The notes below the pieces were generated by a model that searched no databases, was not told where the DNA came from, and saw only the letters and a program-made list of their open reading frames with translations. Of a DNA stretch of 64,000 bases, positions 1 through 8,169 are shown in pieces. The stretch is from Candidatus Poribacteria bacterium (lineage in GTDB: Bacteria > Poribacteria > WGA-4E > PCPOR2b), in NCBI GenBank assembly GCA_965208325.1, contig OZ242326.1:1504001-1568000 (forward strand). The letters run 5' to 3'. Each line of letters opens with the position of its first letter. Position 1 is the stretch's first letter. Both the position numbers and the translations under genes were made by a program.

Positions 1-798
1 CCTATCTTTTTTGGTCAGCATGTCAACCGAGCAGCCGACGCCGCAGTACGGGCAAATCGTGCGCGTCTTCTCGATTTCGCCCGGAAGATTCTCTGCGCGC
101 AACGCCTTCTTGTCGGCAAGCGCCCCGGTAGGGCACGTCTGCACGCATTGTCCGCAAAAGGTGCATGCGGAGTCTTTCAAAATGCCGTTGAACTCGGTCG
201 TAATCTGGGTGTCAAAACCGCGGTTCATTACACTAATGGCATAATCTCCCTCCTGTTCCGCGCAAACCCGCACACATCGGTAGCAGGAGATACACAGGTC
301 GTAATCGCGCAGAATAAAGGGATTCTCGTCGACCGTGTTGCTGGCGCCGGACTGTTTTCCGTTGAAGCGCCCGGTACGCGCCTCGTAGCGTTTGACAAGC
401 GTCGTAAGTTCCTGTGACGCATAGCCGCGCAGGGGATTGACATCAAGTTCTCGGTTCTCGGAGGCAACCATCTCAAGCAGAACTTTACGGTGCCTCTCGA
501 TCTTCTCCGTTGCCGTTCGGACGGCCATACCGGGTGTTGCCTTCGTGGTGCAAGAGGCAACCGGATTTCGCGTCCCTTCAAGCTCGACAATGCAGAGGCG
601 GCATCCGCCGAAGGCATCCAGGCGGGGATCATAACAGAGCGTCGGAATGTCTATGCCGTGGCGGTGCGCAACATCGTAGATGGTTTCACCGTCTGAAAAG
701 GTCACCACTTCGCCATCCAGTGTTATTGCGGCAGGCTGCGCGTCCGTCGGGACGGAATTAATACCGTTCTTCAATTTTTCACGATTCGGTTTTGACAC
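1..798 (-). CDS. Formate dehydrogenase alpha-type (FdsA/FdhF-like) Fe-S/molybdopterin subunit, N-terminal part, runs off window edge
   Basis: Not in the ORF track; translated by hand from GTG at 798. Contains IPTLCYDPRLDAFGGCRLC...ASC (2Fe-2S), CISCYRCVRVC and CTFCGQCVQTCP (two 4Fe-4S) and TICPYCGVGC (molybdopterin oxidoreductase 4Fe-4S start). Follows a NuoEF-like gene. Confidence 0.85.
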   Translation of the reverse strand, partial: MSKPNREKLKNGINSVPTDAQPAAITLDGEVVTFSDGETIYDVAHRHGIDIPTLCYDPRLDAFGGCRLCIVELEGTRNPVASCTTKATPGMAVRTATEKIERHRKVLLEMVASENRELDVNPLRGYASQELTTLVKRYEARTGRFNGKQSGASNTVDENPFILRDYDLCISCYRCVRVCAEQEGDYAISVMNRGFDTQITTEFNGILKDSACTFCGQCVQTCPTGALADKKALRAENLPGEIEKTRTICPYCGVGCSVDMLTKKDR

Positions 799-870
799 TG
801 CTCAAGTCCTTTTGGCATAGAATTCGTATTTTATCGTGTGATTACGCTGAAACCACAATTCAATTCTGTC

Positions 871-2541
871 TCACGGCTCCACGTGTTGCGCAACTCGTTC
901 CGGAAAATACTTCATCAAGCTGTCTGTTATTAGCGGGGCCGCCATCCCGAGTCCGCATGCGCTCGCCGCCTTCATTGCGCTGCCGATGTCTTTTACCTCG
1001 CCAATCCATTTCCCTAGTTCCGTGGGTCCCGCCTTTCCATTTAGGCGCTCGGTAAGGCGCTGCGTGCCGATTCGGCACGGAAAACACTTTCCGCATGACT
1101 CTTCGGCGAAAAATGCCATGGCGCCGCGCGCCGCTTCGACCATATCCCGGCTGTCATCGAACACTATAATCCCCCCAGCGCCAAGCATCGAATCCTTGCT
1201 CCGCAGGCTCGTCTCATCGAGTGTTACGTTGAGGTCGGCTCCCGCCAAGAAACCGCCTGAAAGCCCTGCCATGGTAACCGACTGAATCGAACGGTTTTCC
1301 CGGGCGCCGCCTGCCCAGTCATAGAGCAGCGTCTTCAATGGCAGCCCAAACGGTACTTCGTAGTTGCCGGGTTTTCGGATGTCGCCGGAAAGACTGATTA
1401 CCTTTGTGCCGGCGTGGCCGTTCATCCCTAGCCCTCGATACCAGTTTGCGCCTTTACGCAGGATGTGCGGTACCGAGGCGAGGGTCTCGACGTTGTTCAC
1501 AGCCGTGGGTAGATTCTCGTAACCGTGTGTGACCGGATAGGGCGGGCGGTTGCGGGGGAATGGATGTTTCCCTTCCAGACTATTCAGCAGCGAACCTTCC
1601 TCGCCGCAGATGTATGCACCGGCTCCGCGTCTCAGATGAATCCGAAAACTGAAATCACTCCCTAGCACTTCTTCACCAAGGAAACCGGCGGATTCCGCTT
1701 CAGCAATCGCACGTTCGAGAACATTGAATGTGCCGGGGTACTCATATCGCAGGTAGATGAAGCCGCGCGCCGCGCCAGTGGCGTAGGCTGCGAGCGTCAT
1801 TCCCTCAATAACTGCATGTGGATCGAAATCTAGGATGGCGCGGTCCTTAAAGCACCCGGGCTCGCCCTCATCCGCGTTACAGATGACGGTTTTAGGCGTT
1901 CCAGGGGCTTCGGCAACCGCTTTCCATTTGAGTCCGGTTGGAAAGCCTGCACCTCCGCGTCCGGCGAGTTTGCTGTCTGTGATAAGCGCAACTACCTCGC
2001 TAGGCTGCATCTCTTTGACAGCCCGCCGAAGCCCTTCGTAACCGCCGGTTCGGCAGTAACCCTCAATGCTATATCTGCCCGGCGTGCGAATCTCGGCAAA
2101 GACGCACTCTTCGATGCCGCCAGGATTCCGCGGAGGTAATGGCGGCGGTCGGGCTTCTAATGTTCTTGAACTTACGCCAACGGATACACAATGCCCTTTA
2201 AGTACCGGGACGAAATCGTCGCAGCGCCCGGCGCAGGGCATGGCTTGTGCGCCTTCATCCTTGAGTTCTTCGATGATTTGTTTGCCGCCTTCCAGACAGC
2301 AGACGGGCCCCATGCAGACGCGCGGCGCAGTTTGCCCGGGCGGGTTTCGGGAGAAGTGGTGGTAGAAGGTAACGATGCCGAAGAGGTCTGCCAGTGGAAT
2401 TTTTAGCCCGACAGCCGCATCGCGGAGAGATTCATCCGAAATAAAACCGTCCCGGTCGTGAAGGGCGTGCAGCAACGGAAGCAATGGCGCCGGTTCGCTG
2501 CTCCAACGCTCGATAAGTTCCCGGTTTGTAGGAGTTTTCAT
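871..2541 (-). CDS. Fused NuoE/NuoF-like (FdsG/FdsB-type) NAD-binding diaphorase subunit
   Basis: N-terminal NuoE-like TFYHHF...CMGPVC...CAGRC. NuoF motifs GRGGAGFPTGLKW, CNADEGEPG, GAGAYICGEE, NNVET, ESCGKCFPCRIG. ATG 2541 preferred over GTG 2550. Confidence 0.9.
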   Translation of the reverse strand: MKTPTNRELIERWSSEPAPLLPLLHALHDRDGFISDESLRDAAVGLKIPLADLFGIVTFYHHFSRNPPGQTAPRVCMGPVCCLEGGKQIIEELKDEGAQAMPCAGRCDDFVPVLKGHCVSVGVSSRTLEARPPPLPPRNPGGIEECVFAEIRTPGRYSIEGYCRTGGYEGLRRAVKEMQPSEVVALITDSKLAGRGGAGFPTGLKWKAVAEAPGTPKTVICNADEGEPGCFKDRAILDFDPHAVIEGMTLAAYATGAARGFIYLRYEYPGTFNVLERAIAEAESAGFLGEEVLGSDFSFRIHLRRGAGAYICGEEGSLLNSLEGKHPFPRNRPPYPVTHGYENLPTAVNNVETLASVPHILRKGANWYRGLGMNGHAGTKVISLSGDIRKPGNYEVPFGLPLKTLLYDWAGGARENRSIQSVTMAGLSGGFLAGADLNVTLDETSLRSKDSMLGAGGIIVFDDSRDMVEAARGAMAFFAEESCGKCFPCRIGTQRLTERLNGKAGPTELGKWIGEVKDIGSAMKAASACGLGMAAPLITDSLMKYFPERVAQHVEP

Positions 2542-2684
2542 CGCGCACACCCGCTTCCAAGGTTAATCCAGCCCTGCATTTGAGGGCACATACCGCCTCA
2601 CGTGTTTCGGCAATAGTAGCACGCAATAGGTGACTTGTCAATCGGATTTAAGCATGTTTTCCCGCCAATCCGCTATCAGATTTT

Positions 2685-2930
2685 GTAGGTTGGGTAGAGC
2701 GGGTATGCCGCAACACGAGCATGTTAACGAATAACTCTGTCGCTCAATTGCATGCTAGATTTGCTGGACGTAGCGAAACCCAACACCCTTAAAACCTCCG
2801 TCATTCCAGATATACACCGAACACAATTTATCGATCCGAAATTTGAATTAGGTCGTGGGTTTCTCTCTTTTATGATTCAATTATCAATTGCCGTGTTGTT
2901 GATGCGCACCCCCGCCAGTCACGAGCCTAC
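2685..2930. repeat. REPIN-like element with nested inverted repeats
   Basis: GTAGGTTGGGT (2685) ... GAAACCCAAC (~2775-2784) ... GTGGGTTTC (~2855) ... GAGCCTAC (to 2930); GTAG/CTAC ends. Confidence 0.55.
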
Positions 2931-3008
2931 ACAATTGTTCGGCTTCGCGGAAAACTATCGTCCTAACAATTCGTTTGGCTGACCGCTCTTCCAAACCTAA
3001 AAAAACTG

Positions 3009-4169
3009 TCATTCGTGTTCTTGCTCAGCGTCGGGAATCAGAGATTTTGCAATTCGGATGATTTCAGGTTGGTCTAACTCGCTGATTAGGGCAAAATTGA
3101 CCCCGCCTTCATACCATTTAAGAATTAGTGTCTGATGGCGTTTCATAACCTCCACAGGTGTTCCGTGGAATTCTCTGATTCGAACTCCCTTACCTGCGCG
3201 GGTTTTCGAATCTCGCTGCTTCCGGGGCGGTTTGCGTTTCGATTCAAATAAAGAAAACTCCATCAACCCATCGCTGTATCGTAGATGCACTGTCGGTCTA
3301 GGCGCTCGAAGCGGCACCGCTCGTCTAGGGCCGAATGCAATCTGTGTAATCTGCTGTAACTTAAACCCCGGCGGCAGATACGCCGGTAGCACTAACCGAT
3401 TATCCAGCGCGTTTTTTGCATCTGCCAAAGATATGGATTTACCGCGACGTCGTGAATCGGCGGACTTTGATTCCTCTTCATGTTGGAATTTTGTCAATTC
3501 TTCCTTTACTTTGTCGGATTGAAAACTAATTTGGGTATAGACTGACAGAAATCTGAGATTCTCTTTGGCGTCAAAGTGCTCAATTCTTAAGATAACTCCC
3601 TTATCCTCCGCTATCCAGACACGCCGTGTTGGTCTATCCTCGATTTCGGGCTTAGGGGCAATCGTTAATACGTTGGCTTCAAAGCCGGCAATCTTTTCTT
3701 CGGAGGAGTGGAAATTAAGCGTGTAGTTCTGAACCAATAACTCCGAATTGTCATGCGACAGCCGCTCAGCAATTTTGTGCGGCGGGCGGAAAAATGCCCT
3801 TCCGTCAAAATGATGCCTGAAAGGCGCATCGGATTTAAAGTTCCCACTTCCCCTTCCGCGTTTCCTCCCGCCGCCGCGAGTTTTTGGGCGGTAACCCTCC
3901 TTTAGCGGCGCCACCATCTTAACATGATGCGTTGAAGGCGGATGGTGGACGACTAGCTCCTCGCGCGCAAAGCAACCGTCATGCGCCCAACTAATTGTAA
4001 GCCGTTTTCCAACATAGCTGACCTCGCGTTCCGCTGTCTTCAGACGCTGAAAAATATCGGAAGCAAGAGCAGATGAATTGTCCGGCGCAGCGTCCGCTGC
4101 GGCATTCCATGCCAAAATTAGCAGAGCAAACGCGGTGTTCAAGATTTGGCGTTTTTGCCTGAAAAACAT
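3009..4169 (-). CDS. MucB/RseB-family sigma-E regulatory protein
   Basis: Signal peptide, LolA-like N-domain (RRVWIAEDKGVILR), C-domain LPAYLPPGF...YSDGLMEFSLFE. Third gene after ECF sigma and anti-sigma. Confidence 0.8.
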   Translation of the reverse strand: MFFRQKRQILNTAFALLILAWNAAADAAPDNSSALASDIFQRLKTAEREVSYVGKRLTISWAHDGCFAREELVVHHPPSTHHVKMVAPLKEGYRPKTRGGGRKRGRGSGNFKSDAPFRHHFDGRAFFRPPHKIAERLSHDNSELLVQNYTLNFHSSEEKIAGFEANVLTIAPKPEIEDRPTRRVWIAEDKGVILRIEHFDAKENLRFLSVYTQISFQSDKVKEELTKFQHEEESKSADSRRRGKSISLADAKNALDNRLVLPAYLPPGFKLQQITQIAFGPRRAVPLRAPRPTVHLRYSDGLMEFSLFESKRKPPRKQRDSKTRAGKGVRIREFHGTPVEVMKRHQTLILKWYEGGVNFALISELDQPEIIRIAKSLIPDAEQEHE

Positions 4170-4173
4170 GGAT

Positions 4174-4686
4174 TTAATCTCCGAAATGGGCATCTAGGTA
4201 GATTTCAGTTTCTTCTTGAAATTCTGTGTCAGTGATTTCAAAGGGTTGATTGACGACGGTGTATTGCGCCCCGAAATTGTCCATTCCATAATCCGTGTGA
4301 ATTGCCACGTATAAGTCGATTGGATCATCTTGGTAATTCTGAGTTGGGCTGAAATAAATTAACCCTAACACCAGGCACGCTAGGACAATTGTGCCCGCAA
4401 CTGCAGGAACTGGACGGAAAATCCATCGGCGCCGGATATGTCTGGATCGGCTGCAGTCCTTTGTCTGCTGTCTGCTGACTATCTGTTCTTGAACAGCTTC
4501 CCAAATCCCCGGGGGTGCCGTCTGCCGCAAATCTGCAATCCGCTGGCAGTTACACTTGAGTTCTGAAAGGATTTTGGTACATTCACCGCAGGTGTGTACG
4601 TGCACCTTAACCGCTTCACGTTCCTGTTGGGTCAATTCATCATCAATGTACGCAGATAGCAATTTTTGAATACGACGATGTTTCAT
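4174..4686 (-). CDS. Zinc-finger (ZAS, zf-HC2) transmembrane anti-sigma factor
   Basis: LLSAYIDDEL...HVHTCGEC (HxxxCxxC) and one TM helix, directly downstream of the ECF sigma. Confidence 0.9.
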   Translation of the reverse strand: MKHRRIQKLLSAYIDDELTQQEREAVKVHVHTCGECTKILSELKCNCQRIADLRQTAPPGIWEAVQEQIVSRQQTKDCSRSRHIRRRWIFRPVPAVAGTIVLACLVLGLIYFSPTQNYQDDPIDLYVAIHTDYGMDNFGAQYTVVNQPFEITDTEFQEETEIYLDAHFGD

Positions 4687-4692
4687 AAGAGT

Positions 4693-5298
4693 TCACCAAT
4701 CTTTCTGTTTCAAAACCTTTCTCAACGAAAGTCTCGCCTCATGAAGCCGTGACTTCACGCGTCCAACGGAGCAATTGAGTACGTCCGCCAACTCATCGTA
4801 GGACAAATTTTCCATCTCACGAAGGATGAGAATCTTTCGGTAATCGTGTTTGAGTTGCGCCAGGGCGGCGTGCAGTATCTCTTGCTGCTCAGCCAGGAGC
4901 ACCTCTTTTTCAGGTGTTCTGGAATCTATGGGCGTCCAGGCTTGCGAATCGTCCATTTCCGTCGGCGATGTCTGCTGCCGCTGCCGCCGGTTTTTCTCGT
5001 TGATGCACATGTTCGTCGCAACGCGGTAAAGCCATGTGGAAAACCGAGATTTGAATTTGAACTGCCCAATCTTTTCCCAAACCGATAAAAACACATCTTG
5101 GGTAATGTCTTGCGCGTCTTCCGCGTTGCCGAGCATGCCGTAGGCGATATTGTAGACCTGGTTCTGATACAGGCGGACAATCCGCCCCATTGCCTGAGAA
5201 TCACCCGCTTGGCAGTGCTTGATTAAATCTCGTTCCTGTTGGTCGACCAGTTCTTCAACCTCGGTGGAGATGAAATGTGCAACGCATACACTTACCAT
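4693..5298 (-). CDS. ECF sigma factor (RpoE/SigW-like)
   Basis: DAQDITQDVF, FSTWLYRVATN, LSYDELADVLNCSVGRVKSRLHEAR. Start placed at ATG 5298 or later, downstream of the promoter at 5337-5363. Confidence 0.92.
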   Translation of the reverse strand: MVSVCVAHFISTEVEELVDQQERDLIKHCQAGDSQAMGRIVRLYQNQVYNIAYGMLGNAEDAQDITQDVFLSVWEKIGQFKFKSRFSTWLYRVATNMCINEKNRRQRQQTSPTEMDDSQAWTPIDSRTPEKEVLLAEQQEILHAALAQLKHDYRKILILREMENLSYDELADVLNCSVGRVKSRLHEARLSLRKVLKQKDW

Positions 5299-5336
5299 AG
5301 TAGACAGCACAACCTTTAGTTTTTCATGATTGTTAT

Positions 5337-5363
5337 TTAGACAAACAACCTTGAAAAAGGTTC
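5337..5363 (-). promoter_or_regulatory. ECF (sigma-E type) promoter, probably autoregulatory
   Basis: Minus strand GAACCT-N15-GTCTAA, close to the RpoE/AlgU consensus GAACTT-N16-TCTRA. Confidence 0.65.
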
Positions 5364-5571
5364 GCCTTTTGGTGGACATACACCGCCGAAAGATATTTTG
5401 CCACAGACCCGCGCTTGAGGCAAGCCGAAAACCGACTTCAGCCTGTTCCGTCACGACGCTCAGACTTGGTCTCAATTAACTAACCAGCACGGTAGTCATT
5501 GGTAATGAACGAAACGGGCGGAATGCCCGCCGCGCACCGAGATGTTCACGGGATGAGCGCCAAATCTACGC

Positions 5572-5600
5572 TTGACGATAAGATGACTACATGGTAATAT
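5572..5600 (+). promoter_or_regulatory. Sigma70 promoter of recJ-rel
   Basis: TTGACG-N17-TAATAT with extended -10 TG; ATG only 10 nt further on. Confidence 0.55.
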
Positions 5601-5610
5601 ACACCCTGTC

Positions 5611-8169
5611 ATGAAACAGAAAATCTGGAACGTCAATAGCCCCAATATTGAGACAAGCACGCGGCTCGCCGTGCGGCTTGGTATACCGCAGTTAATCGCG
5701 CAACTGCTCGTCAACCGAGGGGTTGAAACGGAGGACGCCGCGCAGGAATATTTGTACCCAACGCTCTCTAATCTTCATTCGCCGTTCCTGATGCACGGTA
5801 TGGAAAAAGCGGTTGAACGTATTCATTCAGGAATTAAGCGCGGCGAAAAGATTTGGGTCTACGGCGATTATGACGCCGACGGGACGACGGCTGCATCGCT
5901 TTTACTAAACATATTTCGCCATTTTGACGTTCCTGCAAATTTTCACATTCCCAATCGATTTGACGAAGGATATGGCCTCAACAAAACCACCCTCCGTAAA
6001 TTAAGGGAAGACGGTTGCAATCTTCTAATCACAGTCGATTGCGGCATCACCTCAATTGAAGAGGTAGACTTTGCGAACGAAATTGGGATAGACGTGATTA
6101 TTACGGACCACCATCAGCCGCGTCCCGATGCGCTCCCCTCCGCTTATGCGGTGATTTGCTCCAAAATGCCGGAGAGCGAGTATCCTTTTGAAGACTTGGC
6201 TGGTGTCGGATTAGCCTTTAAGCTCGCGCACGGTTTGTTCGGTGGTAATGAGGTGCCCCCAGAGCTGCAATCTCAGCTAGATTTGGTTGCGCTTGGCACG
6301 GTCGTGGACATCGCAACGTTAACCGGCGAAAATCGCGTACTCGCAAAATTGGGGCTGGCAGAACTCAATAAACGCGAACGTCCGGGCATACGCGCGCTCT
6401 GCGAAGTAGCAAAATTTAGTCCCGATAAACCAATCGTAGGACATACACTGTCCTATGTGTTGGGGCCTCGTATTAATGCTGCCGGACGGATGGATGCCGC
6501 CGAGAAAATCGTCCATCTGCTGACGGCTGAATCCGACGAAAAGGCGCTGCCAATAGCCAAGAAATTAGACGACGAAAATCTAGAGCGGCGGAAAGCGGAA
6601 GACCGAATTCGCGCGCAAGCCATCGCCAAGATCAAAAAGGATGTTAATCTCGACAAAGTTAAAGGGCTTGTCATCGCGCACAGAGAATGGCACCGAGGCG
6701 TTATCGGAATAGTCGCATCGCGGATTCTTGAGCAATATTACCGTCCCGTGTTCATTCTGGCAATAAACGGAGACGAAGCCCACGGGTCAGGACGCAGCAT
6801 CGACGGCATTAACCTCGCGGACAGCCTGAACGCTTGCGCCGACCTTTTGGTCAAACACGGAGGGCACACAGCGGCAGCCGGGCTAACCATTAAAACTGAG
6901 AACATCCCGAAATTCGAGCGGCGGTTTAATCGCTACGTTTGTGATCATCTCTCCGACGAGCATCTCGTTCAACAGTTGAGCGTAGAATTTGAAATTCAGA
7001 TGCCCCTTTTATCCTTGGAAACTATTGAAAAACTACAACTCCTTGAACCTTTTGGTGCGGACAATCCCGCGCCGCGAATTGCCATGCGCAACCTGGCGCT
7101 TGATCGGCCGCCCAGTTTAATTGGCAAAGAAAATAATCATCTTAAATTATGGGTGACTGACGGCCGCCAAACCGCGGAAGCCGTCGGGTGGAATATGTCC
7201 GATTATTTTATTTCATTGAAAAATCAAAATGTGCGCCTCGATTTGGCATTTGATCCCGGAATTAGCGAGTGGAACAACGCCCGCAGCCTCCAACTCACCA
7301 TCGCCGATCTTCAAATCGTCTCGCTTGACGCCGCTTCACAACAACACCTGTACCCAACCGATGAGATGGAGAGTCCGGTCAAGATCGTTAATCGCAGAGA
7401 TACAAAAAGTAAAGGTAAGTACCTCTCAAAATTGCTTAGTCGCGGTGAACCCACCCTGTTGTATGTGCGAGACGAGCAGGCGTTGGACCAACTACTTGAG
7501 ATGGTTAATGCAAAAGGCGATTTCTTGATTTCAAGGTGCGGCGCCGATACGCCCGAGACTGAAAGGCGCGCCATGTTAGAAAAATTTGCGCATAGAGAAC
7601 TGCTTACAGTTGTATCAAGTTGCACTTTGCGCGACGCGCCTCATGCCGCGCACCTCGTTTTTTGCCACCCCGTCCCGCAACCTTTGACGTTTTTCAATCG
7701 ATGTCTACCCGCTTTCCAAAAACCGGAAACGACATATATCCACCTCCTCTACAACGCTGACGACATGGAGTGGATGCGACAACGGTTATCCCAGCAATAT
7801 CCGGAGCGGCAGGTGCTGGAGGGGTTGTATAAAAGGCTGCGATTCTTGAGTAAAGCAAACGGTAAAGGTCTCTCGCTGGAAGAAATTATTGCAGATGCCG
7901 ATGCGGCATCCATTCCAAAACCGGCAGTCGTCGGCGGGATTTCAATTCTCGAAGAATTGCAACTGCTGACGCGCGATCCCGGCCTGTTTGAACGTGGAAT
8001 CCAACTTTTGCCGCCGCCGTCGAAAAAACGCAATCTCCACGAGTCTGAAACTTACCTGAACGGAGAACAGATCAAACAAACTAGTCTGTCATTTTCGGAT
8101 TTTCAGTTTAGGCATAACATTCAAGAAATTTGGAAGAGAATAGATTATGAGTGTCGAAGAGCTGATTAA
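5611..8169 (+). CDS. recJ: ssDNA-specific exonuclease RecJ with long C-terminal extension
   Basis: GDYDADG, TVDCG, TDHH, GSGRS, GGHTAAAG motifs. Confidence 0.95.
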   Translation: MKQKIWNVNSPNIETSTRLAVRLGIPQLIAQLLVNRGVETEDAAQEYLYPTLSNLHSPFLMHGMEKAVERIHSGIKRGEKIWVYGDYDADGTTAASLLLNIFRHFDVPANFHIPNRFDEGYGLNKTTLRKLREDGCNLLITVDCGITSIEEVDFANEIGIDVIITDHHQPRPDALPSAYAVICSKMPESEYPFEDLAGVGLAFKLAHGLFGGNEVPPELQSQLDLVALGTVVDIATLTGENRVLAKLGLAELNKRERPGIRALCEVAKFSPDKPIVGHTLSYVLGPRINAAGRMDAAEKIVHLLTAESDEKALPIAKKLDDENLERRKAEDRIRAQAIAKIKKDVNLDKVKGLVIAHREWHRGVIGIVASRILEQYYRPVFILAINGDEAHGSGRSIDGINLADSLNACADLLVKHGGHTAAAGLTIKTENIPKFERRFNRYVCDHLSDEHLVQQLSVEFEIQMPLLSLETIEKLQLLEPFGADNPAPRIAMRNLALDRPPSLIGKENNHLKLWVTDGRQTAEAVGWNMSDYFISLKNQNVRLDLAFDPGISEWNNARSLQLTIADLQIVSLDAASQQHLYPTDEMESPVKIVNRRDTKSKGKYLSKLLSRGEPTLLYVRDEQALDQLLEMVNAKGDFLISRCGADTPETERRAMLEKFAHRELLTVVSSCTLRDAPHAAHLVFCHPVPQPLTFFNRCLPAFQKPETTYIHLLYNADDMEWMRQRLSQQYPERQVLEGLYKRLRFLSKANGKGLSLEEIIADADAASIPKPAVVGGISILEELQLLTRDPGLFERGIQLLPPPSKKRNLHESETYLNGEQIKQTSLSFSDFQFRHNIQEIWKRIDYECRRAD

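Noticed and set aside
11..761. Plus-strand ORFs in the track
   Set aside because: They are shadows of the minus-strand formate dehydrogenase-type gene that the track missed because it runs off the edge.
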